Assembly (NCBI GenBank): GCA_965248835.1
Contig: CBDFLJ010000001.1
Span: forward strand, 1,568,001 to 1,632,000
Length of the DNA: 64,000 nt
Reading direction: 5' to 3'
Source of the DNA: Alphaproteobacteria bacterium
GTDB lineage: Bacteria > Pseudomonadota > Alphaproteobacteria > MPNO01
Part shown: piece by piece, positions 39,269 to 51,344 of the stretch
How the letters are laid out: each line of letters opens with the position of its first letter
Position numbering within the stretch: the stretch's first letter is position 1
Translations under genes and position numbers: made by a program
The notes under the pieces: generated by a model
The model's input: only the letters and a program-made list of their open reading frames with translations
The model's database searches: none
Told to the model about the DNA's origin: nothing

Positions 39269-41395
39269 TTAGGGCCCGCGGCGCTGCTTTCGCCGGTATT
39301 TCGACTTGCCGCCGGACTTCGCGCTCCGGGCGGCGCGGATGCGCGCGTTCAGGCGTTTCTCGCCGGTCGGGATGCCCAGGTCGGTGGCCTCCAGGCGGCG
39401 GATCTCGTCGCGGAGCTGCGCGGCTTCCTCGAACTCCAGGTTGGCGGCGGCATCGTGCATCCGTTTTTCCAGGTCCGCGACGTAGGTCTGCAGGTTGTGG
39501 CCGATCAGGTTGGGCATCTCCTCGTCCAGCGTGCCCACCGTCACCCGGTCCTGCTCGTAGACCGACTCCAGAATGTCGACGATGCCCTTGCGCACGCTGT
39601 GCGGCGTGATCCCGTTGGCCTCGTTGAACGCGGCCTGCTTGGCGCGCCGGCGGTCGGTCTCCTTGATCGCGTAGTCGAGCGAGGACGTCATCGTGTCGGC
39701 ATAGAGGATCACCCGCCCGTCGATGTTGCGTGCGGCGCGGCCGATGGTCTGGACCAGGGAGGTCTGCGAGCGCAGGAAGCCCTCCTTGTCGGCATCGAGG
39801 ATCGCGACCAGCGCGCATTCCGGGATGTCCAACCCCTCGCGCAAGAGGTTGATTCCGACCAGCACGTCGAACGCGCCCAGCCGGAGGTCGCGGATGATCT
39901 CGATGCGCTCCAGCGTGTCGACATCCGAATGCAGGTAGCGGACGCGGATGCCGGCCTCTTGCAGGTACTCGGTGAGATCCTCGGCCATGCGCTTGGTGAG
40001 CGTGGTGACCAGCACCCGCTGGCCGGCCTCGGCCGCAATGCGGCATTCCCCCATCAGGTCGTCGACCTGGTGCTCGACCGGTCGGACGATGCAGACCGGA
40101 TCGATCAGTCCGGTGGGCCGGATCACCTGTTCGATGAACGCCCCGCCGGTACGCTCGATCTCCCACTTCCCCGGGGTCGCGGAGACGAACACCGACAGCG
40201 GCCGCATCGCGTCCCACTCCTCGAACTTCAGCGGCCGGTTGTCGACACAGGACGGCAGCCGAAAGCCGTATTCGGCAAGGGTCGATTTGCGGTTGAAGTC
40301 GCCGCGGAACATGCCGCCGAGCTGGGGAACCGTCACGTGACTCTCGTCGACGATCAGCAAGGCGTCCTCGGGCAGGTACTCGAACAGCGTCGGCGGCGGT
40401 TCGCCGGGCTGGCGTCCGGTCAGGAACCGCGAATAGTTCTCGATGCCGGCGCACTGGCCGGTGGTCTCCATCATCTCCAGGTCGAAATTCGTGCGCTGCT
40501 CCAGGCGCTCGGCCTCCAGCAGCTTGCCGTTGGCGCGGAACCACTCCAGCCGCTCGGCCAGCTCGATCTTCATCAGCTTCATCGCCTGGCGCAGCGTCGG
40601 GCGCGGCGTGACGTAATGGCTGTTGGCATAGACCGTCACCGATGGGAGCCTGGTCGATTTCTCGCCGGTCAGCGGATCGAATTCGTGGATCGACTCGACC
40701 TCATCGCCGAACAGCGACAGCCGCCAGGCACGGTCCTCGTAATGGGCCGGAAAGATCTCGATCGAATCGCCGCGCACCCGGAACGTGCCGCGCACGAAGT
40801 TGGCATCGTTGCGGCGGTATTGCAGCTCGACCAGCCGCTTGAGCAGCGCGCCCTGGTCGAGCCGGCGGCCGGTCTCGATCAGGATGGTCATCTCCGAATA
40901 AGTCTCCACCGAGCCGATGCCGTAGATGCACGACACCGAGGCGACGATGATCACGTCGCGGCGCTCGAGCAACGAGCGGGTCGCGGAATGGCGCATCCGG
41001 TCGATCTGCTCGTTGATCGAGGAGTCCTTCTCGATATAGGTGTCGGTGCGCGGCACGTAGGCCTCGGGCTGGTAGTAGTCGTAGTAGGAGACGAAATACT
41101 CGACCGCGTTGTTTGGGAAGAAGCCGCGCATCTCGCCGTAGAGCTGGGCGGCCAGGGTCTTGTTGGGCGCTAGGATCAGCGTCGTCCGGGCGACCGCCTG
41201 GATGACGTGGGCCATGGTGAAGGTCTTGCCCGACCCGGTGACCCCGAGCAGGACCTGCTCTCGCTCGTCGCACCTTATGCCCTGGATGATCTCCGCGATG
41301 GCCTGCGGCTGGTCGCCGGCCGGAACGAACGGCGAGACCACCTCGAATGGGGCGCCGGCCGCGGCCGCGGGCCGTTCTGCGATGACCGTGCTCAT
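39269..41395 (-). CDS. uvrB: Excinuclease ABC subunit B
   Basis: [47 protein letters not shown]. Confidence 0.98.
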   Translation of the reverse strand: MSTVIAERPAAAAGAPFEVVSPFVPAGDQPQAIAEIIQGIRCDEREQVLLGVTGSGKTFTMAHVIQAVARTTLILAPNKTLAAQLYGEMRGFFPNNAVEYFVSYYDYYQPEAYVPRTDTYIEKDSSINEQIDRMRHSATRSLLERRDVIIVASVSCIYGIGSVETYSEMTILIETGRRLDQGALLKRLVELQYRRNDANFVRGTFRVRGDSIEIFPAHYEDRAWRLSLFGDEVESIHEFDPLTGEKSTRLPSVTVYANSHYVTPRPTLRQAMKLMKIELAERLEWFRANGKLLEAERLEQRTNFDLEMMETTGQCAGIENYSRFLTGRQPGEPPPTLFEYLPEDALLIVDESHVTVPQLGGMFRGDFNRKSTLAEYGFRLPSCVDNRPLKFEEWDAMRPLSVFVSATPGKWEIERTGGAFIEQVIRPTGLIDPVCIVRPVEHQVDDLMGECRIAAEAGQRVLVTTLTKRMAEDLTEYLQEAGIRVRYLHSDVDTLERIEIIRDLRLGAFDVLVGINLLREGLDIPECALVAILDADKEGFLRSQTSLVQTIGRAARNIDGRVILYADTMTSSLDYAIKETDRRRAKQAAFNEANGITPHSVRKGIVDILESVYEQDRVTVGTLDEEMPNLIGHNLQTYVADLEKRMHDAAANLEFEEAAQLRDEIRRLEATDLGIPTGEKRLNARIRAARSAKSGGKSKYRRKQRRGP

Positions 41396-41408
41396 GGACC
41401 GAATATAA

Positions 41409-42710
<1,302 letters not shown>

Positions 42711-42815
42711 CCGTCCGGCGATTCCTCTTGATTCGCTCCGGACGCGCTGGAAGATTAGCGGGTCGAAGCTCGCGGACGTGCCGCGCAGGGTCAGCCGAAA
42801 ACGGGGGAAAACTCA

Positions 42816-44846
42816 ATGGCAGGGGAGAACGGGACACGCTGCGTTGCGATTGTCGGGCCGTATTTGAACGGCAAGACCTCGCTGATGGAGAGCCTGCTGT
42901 CGGTCTCCGGCGCGACCCACCGCAAGGGCTCGGTCAAGGAAGGCAACACCGTCGGCGATTCCACGTCCGAGGCACGCGGCCGCCAGATGTCGATCGAAGT
43001 CTCGGTCGGCACGACGCACTATCTGGGCGACGACTGGGTGTTCCTCGACTGTCCCGGCTCGATCGAGATGCAGCAGGAGGCGATCAACGCGCTGACGGTC
43101 TGCGACCTCGCGGTCGTGGTCTACGAGCCCTCGACCGAGCGCGCGATGACGCTGGCGCCGATCTTCAAGCTGTTGTCCGACTACAAGATCCCCCACATCG
43201 TGTTCCTCAACAAGATCGACACGATCTCCGAGTCGGTCCCGGCGGTCTATCAGGCGCTGCGCGAAGTCGAGATTTCCCCATTGGTGCTGCGCCAGATTCC
43301 GATCGGCAAGGGCGAGGACGTCACCGGCTATGTCGATCTGATCAGCGGCCGGGCCTACGAATACACCGCCGGCGAGGGCTCGGCGGTGATCGACATCCCG
43401 GCCGAGTTGGCCGATGACTACGAGCTCGCCCGCGGCGAGATGCTCGAGGCGCTGGCCGATTTCAACGACAGCCTGCTCGAGCGTCTGCTGGAGGACGAGG
43501 TCCCCAATGTCGAGGAGGTTTACGGCTTCCTGACCGAAGGCATGCAGGCGGCAAATGTCGTCCCCGTCATGATCGGATCGGCCGAGCGGGATTTCGGCAT
43601 CAGGCGGCTGCTCAAGGCGTTGCGCCACGAGGTGCCGGGCTGCGCGGTCGCCAAGGCCCGGCTCGGGATCGGCGATACCGACGGCACCCTCGCGCAGGTC
43701 TTCAAGACCTATCACGCGCAGCACGCCGGCAAGCTTTCGCTGGCCCGGGTTTTCGCCGGCTCGGTCACCGAAGGCATGACCTTGAACGGCCAGCGGGTCG
43801 GCAGCCTGCTGTCGCTGATGGGCAGCCAGCAGACCAAGCTCGACGCGGCGGGACCGGGCCAGGTCGCAGCGCTGGGCCGGATGGACGGGATCAAGACCGG
43901 CGATCTGTTGACCGACAGCGGCGATGGCGCGGGCACGACCGCCTGGCCGGCGCCCCTCAAGCCGGTTTACGCGCTGGCGATCTCGCCGGAAAACCGCAGC
44001 GACGAGGTCAAGCTCACCGGCGCGCTGCAACGGCTCAACGAGGAGGACCCCTCGGTCACCTATGAACAGAACGCCGATACCAGGGAGATGGTGCTGCGCG
44101 GCCAGGGCGAGATCCATCTCCAGGTGGCGCTGGAGAAGCTGAAGAACCGCTACAACGTCTCGGCCACCTCGACCAGGCCCTCGGTCCCCTACAAGGAGAC
44201 CATCCGCAAGGCGATCTCCCAGCACGGCCGGTTCAAACGCCAGACCGGCGGGCACGGCATGTTCGGCGACGTCCATGTCGACATCGCGCCCAAGCCGCGC
44301 GGCGAGGGCTTCGAGTTCACCGACAAGATCGTCGGCGGCTCGATTCCCAAGCAGTTCATCCCCGCTGTCGAATCCGGCGTGAAGGAGTTCGCCGACCAGG
44401 GCCCGCTGGGCTTCCCGGTGGTGGATTTCGGCGTCAGGCTGACCGACGGGCAGTTCCATGCCGTGGACAGCAATGAGATGTCCTTCAAACTCGCCGCCCG
44501 GGTCGCGATGGCCGAGGGCATGCCGAAATGCGATCCGGTGCTGTTGGAGCCGATCTCCAAGGTCGAGATCGACGTCCCGGCCGAATACACCAACAAGGTG
44601 CACGGTCTGATCAGCGGAAGGCGCGGCCAGATCCTCGGCTTCATCCCCAAGGAGGGCTGGAAGGGTTGGGACACGGTCGAGGCGCACATGCCGTCATCGG
44701 ATATTCTCGATCTGATCATCGAGCTGCGCTCGCTGAGCCAGGGGGTGGGTACCTACAGGTCACGCTTCGACCACCTGCAGGAGCTCACCGGCCGCCTGGC
44801 CGACCGGGTGATCGAGGCCCGCAAGGAGGCTCAGGCCGCCGACTGA
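42816..44846 (+). CDS. Elongation factor G-like protein (EF-G2)
   Basis: Variant G1 GPYLNGKT, DCPG, NKID, GQGEIHL, VPYKETI, KRQTGGHG.FG, DGQFH.VDS.E..F, LLEPI. Confidence 0.92.
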   Translation: MAGENGTRCVAIVGPYLNGKTSLMESLLSVSGATHRKGSVKEGNTVGDSTSEARGRQMSIEVSVGTTHYLGDDWVFLDCPGSIEMQQEAINALTVCDLAVVVYEPSTERAMTLAPIFKLLSDYKIPHIVFLNKIDTISESVPAVYQALREVEISPLVLRQIPIGKGEDVTGYVDLISGRAYEYTAGEGSAVIDIPAELADDYELARGEMLEALADFNDSLLERLLEDEVPNVEEVYGFLTEGMQAANVVPVMIGSAERDFGIRRLLKALRHEVPGCAVAKARLGIGDTDGTLAQVFKTYHAQHAGKLSLARVFAGSVTEGMTLNGQRVGSLLSLMGSQQTKLDAAGPGQVAALGRMDGIKTGDLLTDSGDGAGTTAWPAPLKPVYALAISPENRSDEVKLTGALQRLNEEDPSVTYEQNADTREMVLRGQGEIHLQVALEKLKNRYNVSATSTRPSVPYKETIRKAISQHGRFKRQTGGHGMFGDVHVDIAPKPRGEGFEFTDKIVGGSIPKQFIPAVESGVKEFADQGPLGFPVVDFGVRLTDGQFHAVDSNEMSFKLAARVAMAEGMPKCDPVLLEPISKVEIDVPAEYTNKVHGLISGRRGQILGFIPKEGWKGWDTVEAHMPSSDILDLIIELRSLSQGVGTYRSRFDHLQELTGRLADRVIEARKEAQAAD

Positions 44847-44914
44847 CCACAGGCCGGCGTCTTTCGCTCTTGCGGGTGGTCTATGGTGGGGAACGGACCG
44901 AAGGAGGACGCGCG

Positions 44915-45862
<948 letters not shown>

Positions 45863-45943
45863 CGCCGGGATCGGCGCGGCCGGCGTTGACAGCCGCATCC
45901 TGGCCGTCGCCCAATCGGTGAACTTCGAGCCGGGGAGGGCTCC

Positions 45944-46444
45944 ATGCCGCCGGACACCGCCGCCGTCGCGCCGGCCATCAAGCCGCGTTTCATTTCGCAT
46001 GGCACTCTGGGCTGCCGGGACCTCGCACGCACGCGGCGATTCTACGGGGAATTCCTCGGGCTCGAAGTCGTCCAGACCAGCCCGATATCGCTGATGGTCC
46101 GGCTCGGCGGCGATCACGTCTACGCCGTCGTGCAGGTCAAGCAGAAGTCCGAGATGCCGCGGTTCTACCACAACGGCCTCGACGTCGAGACGCCCGAAAA
46201 GGTCGATGAGGCCTATCGGACCGTGCTCGCCAACCAGGAAACCTGGGGGTTGCACATGGCGACCCGGCCGGTCGAGCAACACGGCACCTACAGCTTCATG
46301 TTTTGGGATCTGGACGACAATTGTTGGGAGATCCTGTCGAATCCGCCGTGCGGCTATATGTGGATCTTCGAGCAGGGCGACCTCGAGGGTAAGGGCCATT
46401 TCGAGCGCGGGTTCCACAAACGCCGGCCAGACCAGGGACAATAG
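45944..46444 (+). CDS. VOC (glyoxalase-like) family protein
   Basis: ISHGTL...DL...RRFY.EFLGLE, H.GLDV, F..WDLD.N.WEI. Confidence 0.85.
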   Translation: MPPDTAAVAPAIKPRFISHGTLGCRDLARTRRFYGEFLGLEVVQTSPISLMVRLGGDHVYAVVQVKQKSEMPRFYHNGLDVETPEKVDEAYRTVLANQETWGLHMATRPVEQHGTYSFMFWDLDDNCWEILSNPPCGYMWIFEQGDLEGKGHFERGFHKRRPDQGQ

Positions 46445-46467
46445 GGCGTCGGCCGGTCCGAAGGGGA

Positions 46468-47481
46468 ATGCGCGTGGAGTTCGGAATCTTCGACCACCTG
46501 GATGCGACCGGCGCGCCGCTGGACGCCTACTACGCCGACCGCCTGGCGCTGATCTCGCTCTACGAGCGGGTGGGGTTCCGCAGCTACCACATCGCCGAGC
46601 ACCACTCGACCCCGCTGGGCATGGCGCCCTCGCCGAACCTGTTCCTGTCGGCCGTCGCCGCCCGGACCACGCGGCTGCGGTTCGGACCGCTGGTCTTCGC
46701 GCTGCCGCTCTACCATCCGCTGCGGCTGATCCAAGAGATCTGCATGCTGGACCAGCTCAGCGGCGGCCGGCTGGAGATCGGCTTCGGGCGCGGCGCCTCG
46801 GCGATCGAGGCGGCCTATTTCGGCAACGATCACACCATCTCCGAGCCGATCTACCGCGAATATCTCGACCTGATGCTGACCGGCATGGCGGAAGGCAGGC
46901 TCGACGGCAAGGGTACCTACTACGAGTTCGACGACGTGCCGTTGATGTTCGGCCCCTACCAGAAGCCGCATCCGCCGCTGTGGTACGGCGTCCATTCGAC
47001 CGAGAGCGCGGCGCGGGCGGCGCGGATGGGCAGCCACATCGTAAGCCTCGATTCCGCCGAAGAGACCGGGACGTTCGCCGACCGGTTTCGCGAGGTCTGG
47101 GCCGGGGAGCATGGCGAGGGCGGCGCGGAGCCGCTGGTCGGGCTCGGGCTGTTCGTCTTCGTCGCCGAGACCGACGCGGCCGCGTTGGCCGCGGCGCGCC
47201 GCGCCTACCCGGTCTGGCACAAGAGCTTCAACTACCTGTTCGTGCGCCACAACACCGCGCCGCCGATGCATCAGCGCCCGCCCCATTGGGACGATATGGC
47301 CGCCCAGGGCCGGGCGATTGCCGGCGCGCCGGGGACGGTTGCTGCCAGGCTGGCCGAGCGTCTGGAGGTCTCAAAGGCGACCTACCTCGTCGGTCAGTTC
47401 GCCTTCGGTGATCTGAGCCTGGCGGAGAACACGCGATCGATCGAGCTGTTCGCCGAACAGGTCATGCCGGCGCTGGCCTGA
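46468..47481 (+). CDS. LLM class flavin-dependent oxidoreductase
   Basis: AEHH.TPLG, PLYHPLRL..EI.MLDQLSGGRLE.G.GRG, PYQKPHPPLW, ELFAEQVMPAL. Confidence 0.92.
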   Translation: MRVEFGIFDHLDATGAPLDAYYADRLALISLYERVGFRSYHIAEHHSTPLGMAPSPNLFLSAVAARTTRLRFGPLVFALPLYHPLRLIQEICMLDQLSGGRLEIGFGRGASAIEAAYFGNDHTISEPIYREYLDLMLTGMAEGRLDGKGTYYEFDDVPLMFGPYQKPHPPLWYGVHSTESAARAARMGSHIVSLDSAEETGTFADRFREVWAGEHGEGGAEPLVGLGLFVFVAETDAAALAAARRAYPVWHKSFNYLFVRHNTAPPMHQRPPHWDDMAAQGRAIAGAPGTVAARLAERLEVSKATYLVGQFAFGDLSLAENTRSIELFAEQVMPALA

Positions 47482-47488
47482 CCCCAAC

Positions 47489-48370
47489 TCATCCATAGAC
47501 GTCATGGGCGCGGACCGCGACGTCCATCGCGCCGATTCCTTCGAATTCCAGATGCATCACCTCGCCCGGCCGGACCCGGCTGACGCCGGCGCAGGTGCCG
47601 GACATGATGATATCGCCGGGGTGCAGCGTGTAGAACTTCGACGCCCAGGCGATCTGGCCGGGCAGGTCGAGGATCAGGTTGGCGGTGTTGTTCTCCTGGC
47701 GCACCTCGCCGGCGACGCTGAGGAAGAAATCGAGCTTGCCGGGGTCTTCGATCTCGTCGGCGGTCACCATCCACGGGCCGAAGACGGCATAGCTGTCGAC
47801 GGACTTGCGGAAGCTGCGGTCCTCGGGCCCGCGCACGACCATGTCCATGGCGATGCCGTAGCCCGCGACATGGTCCATCGCGTCGGCATAGGCGATGTCG
47901 CTGCCGTGCCGACCGATCACCACGCCGAGCTCGGCCTCATGGTCGGTCCGGCGGTCGGCGAAGCGCACCGCGACCCCTTCCGAGGGGCCGATCAGCGCGC
48001 TGGTCGCCTTGAGGAACAGGCCCTGGTCTTCCATCGTGCGGCGCGGCTTGCCTTGGCTGATGCCGTGATCGGCGGCCGCCTCGGCGGCGTGCGCCTCGTA
48101 GTTCTGCGGCACCCCGATGATCTTGCTCGGATTGGCGACCGGGCTGAGCAACGCGACGTCTGCCACGGGAGTGCCCCGGGCGGCGTCGGCGATCGCCGCC
48201 ATCGCCGGGCGCAGGGTCTCGAGGTTGGCGATCACCGGATCGCCCAGCGGGAAGGCGAACCGGTAGCTGGGCAGGGCCTCGAGCGCCCGCGTGACGTCGA
48301 AGACCAGCCCGTCGCGCATGATGCCCATGCGGTCGGTGCCCGCGCGATCACGAAACCGGCAGATTTTCAT
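47489..48370 (-). CDS. Fumarylacetoacetate hydrolase family protein
   Basis: PSKIIG...NY..H, FLK..S, DHEAELGVVIG, KS.D....GPW.VT, TLHPGDII.SGT. Confidence 0.92.
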   Translation of the reverse strand: MKICRFRDRAGTDRMGIMRDGLVFDVTRALEALPSYRFAFPLGDPVIANLETLRPAMAAIADAARGTPVADVALLSPVANPSKIIGVPQNYEAHAAEAAADHGISQGKPRRTMEDQGLFLKATSALIGPSEGVAVRFADRRTDHEAELGVVIGRHGSDIAYADAMDHVAGYGIAMDMVVRGPEDRSFRKSVDSYAVFGPWMVTADEIEDPGKLDFFLSVAGEVRQENNTANLILDLPGQIAWASKFYTLHPGDIIMSGTCAGVSRVRPGEVMHLEFEGIGAMDVAVRAHDVYG

Positions 48371-48385
48371 CCGATCCTCTCCCCG

Positions 48386-48632
48386 TCATTCCATCAGGTC
48401 CGGCAGGTAGAGCGCGATCTTAGGAAAGATGATCAGCGGCGCCAGCAGCAGGATAAGATCGCAGCCGAGATAGGGAAGGGCCGCGCGCGGATGTCGACCA
48501 GCGAAAACCCCATACCGTCGATCACCCTGCACTCCAGCGCGGTGTAGACCGCGCTCGGGCGCATGACCGCCGCGGTGCCGCGATCGCCAGCCCGACAGCG
48601 AGCGCGCCACGGCAATATCCGAGAGTCCTCAT
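48386..48632 (-). pseudogene. Collapsed TRAP operon remnant (DctP signal peptide + DctP internal piece + DctM C-terminus)
   Basis: MRTLGYCRGALAVGLAIAAP / MRPSAVYTALECRVIDG / RAALPYLGCDLILL...FPKIALYLPDLME in shifting frames; compare DctP 61086 and DctM 62157. Confidence 0.7.
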
Positions 48633-48730
48633 CGTGCCTGTCTTTCCAAAGCCCGTTCCCGGGACGATATGTGCCGTTGGAGGGTGACTCCAACAGACCG
48701 GCAAGGACAAATTGCGGGCGTGTGGGGTGC

Positions 48731-49972
48731 TCAGCCGAGCGGCCCGAGGAACGGCTCGCCTGCGAAGGTATCCGAGGCCGGATCGAGCGCCTCCGGCCAG
48801 ACCTCCGAGACCGCGCGGCGCTGTTCCGGCGTGCGCGGTCTTCCGTCCCAGCCGATCTGCTCCATGTAGTAGTAGAGCTGGATCGCGTGGCCGTCGGGGT
48901 CGATGGCAAAGGCCGAATAGTCGATCCCGGGGAACAGCCCGGCCGGCAAATGCCTGATCTCGACCCGGCGTCTTTCGAGGAACCCCACCGCCTCGCGGAG
49001 CTGCGCGTAGTCGCCCACCTGCATGCCGAAGGACATGCAGCTCGTGTGCCCGCTCAGCCCGAGTTCGCCGCGCAGGGCGATCGGGTAGAGCGCCATCGAA
49101 TGGTGCTCGGTGTTGACCCGCAGGAAGACGCAGCGGTGCCCGTTCCAGGAGACTTCCTCGGTAACGGTCATCCCCAGCCGGTCGCGGTAGAAGCCGACCG
49201 ACCGGTCGAGGTCGTCGACGAACAGGCGGACCGGCCCGATGCGGACCACCTTGAACGGCCGCGGCAGCAGGATGCCGCCGACGTCGTATTCGGCCTTCAG
49301 GTCGTGCTCGTGGCGGTAGCCGGATGCCAGGTCGGTGCCCTTTGCGCGCGCCTGGACGACCTCCTCGTATTCGGAGATCTGCGGCAGCCCGGGGGTTTCC
49401 TCGAACCCGCGTTCGGCGAACGTGTCGGGTTTGGAGACGCCGTCCCAGCCGATCTGCTCGATGCCGTAATAGAGCTCGTTGATGTGCTCGTCCGGGTCGA
49501 ACGGATAGACATGCCAGTTCGAGCCCGGCGTATCCCGGCCCGAGCGCCGGATCGGGTTGTCGAGCCCGCGCAGCCATTGCTCGGCCGAGGTGACCTCGCG
49601 CAGGCTGCCGACCTGCCAGGTGATCTGGTTGACGGTCATGTCGGGGCGCAGCGACCGGCCGCCGCCGATGTAATCGAGCACCGGCTTGGGGAAGACCACG
49701 AAGGAATGGTGATCGGTCCCGTGGCGCATGAAATAGCCGACGGTGTCGCCGAGCCGCCCGCGCGCCGCCTCGTCCTCGATCCGCGCGCCGAAATCCAGCG
49801 GATCGGAGACGCAGAAGCCCATCAGGTCGGTGTAGAACCGCCGGCAGGCCTCGACGTCCCGGACGTTGAAGCCGAAATGACCCAGCCGCCTGATCTTGAA
49901 CGGCCGGTCCAGCCAGACGCCACCGACATTGAACTTCGCCGCCGCGGTTCCTTCCATGTCTCGCGCTTCCAC
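48731..49972 (-). CDS. Tandem-duplicated VOC protein, extradiol dioxygenase-like
   Basis: Two units VGG..L.RPFK..R.G / HHS / DPD.H...LYY..EQIGWDG. Confidence 0.85.
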   Translation of the reverse strand: MEARDMEGTAAAKFNVGGVWLDRPFKIRRLGHFGFNVRDVEACRRFYTDLMGFCVSDPLDFGARIEDEAARGRLGDTVGYFMRHGTDHHSFVVFPKPVLDYIGGGRSLRPDMTVNQITWQVGSLREVTSAEQWLRGLDNPIRRSGRDTPGSNWHVYPFDPDEHINELYYGIEQIGWDGVSKPDTFAERGFEETPGLPQISEYEEVVQARAKGTDLASGYRHEHDLKAEYDVGGILLPRPFKVVRIGPVRLFVDDLDRSVGFYRDRLGMTVTEEVSWNGHRCVFLRVNTEHHSMALYPIALRGELGLSGHTSCMSFGMQVGDYAQLREAVGFLERRRVEIRHLPAGLFPGIDYSAFAIDPDGHAIQLYYYMEQIGWDGRPRTPEQRRAVSEVWPEALDPASDTFAGEPFLGPLG

Positions 49973-50030
49973 CGGTTCTGCTTCGTCCTCGATGGACCCT
50001 GACTCGGAATCGCCGCGGTGGCAACTCGGC

Positions 50031-50210
50031 TCAGGCCGGTTCCTCGGTGCGTCGGCCGGTACTGTCGATGAAAGCCCTGACGCTGCGCAGCGACCGGCCT
50101 TCCAGCCGCGCGGCGATCATGTAGCGCGCGCGTGCGGCGACCAGCCGACCCCGCGCGAACCGCCGCCGAACCAGCCGCGGGCAACCTCCGCCATTGCGTG
50201 CGCAGGACCA
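50031..50210 (-). pseudogene. Possible LysR-type regulator C-terminal remnant
   Basis: G.G....ARGRLVA...Y......SLRSVRAFID resembles the end of a LysR substrate-binding domain; degenerate. Confidence 0.3.
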
Positions 50211-50366
50211 GACGCTCACATCACCCAAGACCGCTGGATGCGCCTGGATGCGCGCCGAGGCTCGACCGCAAACCGATCATCGCGTAGTGATCTCCGCTGC
50301 TGCGTCCGCCGCTACCCTGGCGTGGGGCGCCGGCGGAACAAGTATCCCAACGGAGGATCGCAACGG

Positions 50367-50780
50367 ATGGATGGGTGGTTCGAGACCATTCGCGGCGTGG
50401 TGTTTCCCTGGAACTGCGACCAGTTCGGCCACATGAACGTGCGCTGGTACGGTCATTTCTTCGACGATGCCGACTATCACCTGTGGACCATGTCCGGGCT
50501 GGCACAGTCGATCCCCCGGGTGGTCGCTCAGACCAGGCTCGACTTCGTGCATGAGTTGAAGGCCGGGAACCTGCTGGTCATCAAAAACGCCTGGACTCAT
50601 GTCGGGACCAAGAGCCTGCGCCATATCGGGCGCATGTTCGATGCCGAGACCGGCGCGCTGTGCGCGCGCCAGGAGAACGTGCTGGTCACCTTCGACCCGG
50701 AGAAGCGGGCCGCCGCCCCGATGCCCGATCTGGTGCGCCGGACCCTGACGCCGCTGGTGATCGCACCCGCAGACGACTGA
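50367..50780 (+). CDS. Hot-dog fold acyl-CoA thioesterase (4HBT-like)
   Basis: V.PW.CD.FGHMNVRWY...FDDA, F.HELKAG, G.KS; GGAGG RBS. Confidence 0.88.
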   Translation: MDGWFETIRGVVFPWNCDQFGHMNVRWYGHFFDDADYHLWTMSGLAQSIPRVVAQTRLDFVHELKAGNLLVIKNAWTHVGTKSLRHIGRMFDAETGALCARQENVLVTFDPEKRAAAPMPDLVRRTLTPLVIAPADD

Positions 50781-51233
50781 TCAGCCGGGGGTTTCCTTGC
50801 TGAACGGCAGGAAGTCCCCGGCGGGATCCAGACCGTATCCCTCGCCGATCCGCTCCAGCGCGCTGATCTCCAGCACGTTGCGGTCGGGGTCATGGAAATA
50901 GGCCTGGCGGCCGATGAAGACGCCGTCGCGGCGGTCTTCTTCGAAGAAGACCGCCACCCCGTGCCCCTTCACGTGCTCGATCGCCTCGTCGTACTTGTCG
51001 ACATCGACGCGGAAGGCGTGGTGGACAAGGAACTCGTTGCCCGGGTTGGGGTCGATCGGCGTCTTGGAGCGGGTCAGGATCACATGGTCGTCGCCGGCCA
51101 TCATGAAGACCATGCCGATGGCCGGCACCCGCTGGATCGTCCGCAGCCCCACAACGTCGCGGTAGAACGCCTCGCTGCGTTCGGTATCGCTGACCGGGAT
51201 CGTGAAATGGACGACGCCCTTGGTTTCGATCAT
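50781..51233 (-). CDS. VOC family protein
   Basis: VVHFTIPVSD.ERS..FY, HHAF.VD, YFHDPD.N.LE. Confidence 0.88.
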   Translation of the reverse strand: MIETKGVVHFTIPVSDTERSEAFYRDVVGLRTIQRVPAIGMVFMMAGDDHVILTRSKTPIDPNPGNEFLVHHAFRVDVDKYDEAIEHVKGHGVAVFFEEDRRDGVFIGRQAYFHDPDRNVLEISALERIGEGYGLDPAGDFLPFSKETPG

Positions 51234-51344
51234 CGCGGCCTCCTGCGGTGCGGTTGGGTACGGAAATCGATCGATTTATCCACGCCCTTGATCCGAGGCA
51301 TGGTGCGGTGAATGCGGGGCTTGGCGGATCTTTTCCGCGCCCGT

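Noticed and set aside
37622-41173. 1183-aa plus-strand ORF
   Set aside because: Antisense to uvrB, yrbG and the SDR; no recognisable domain
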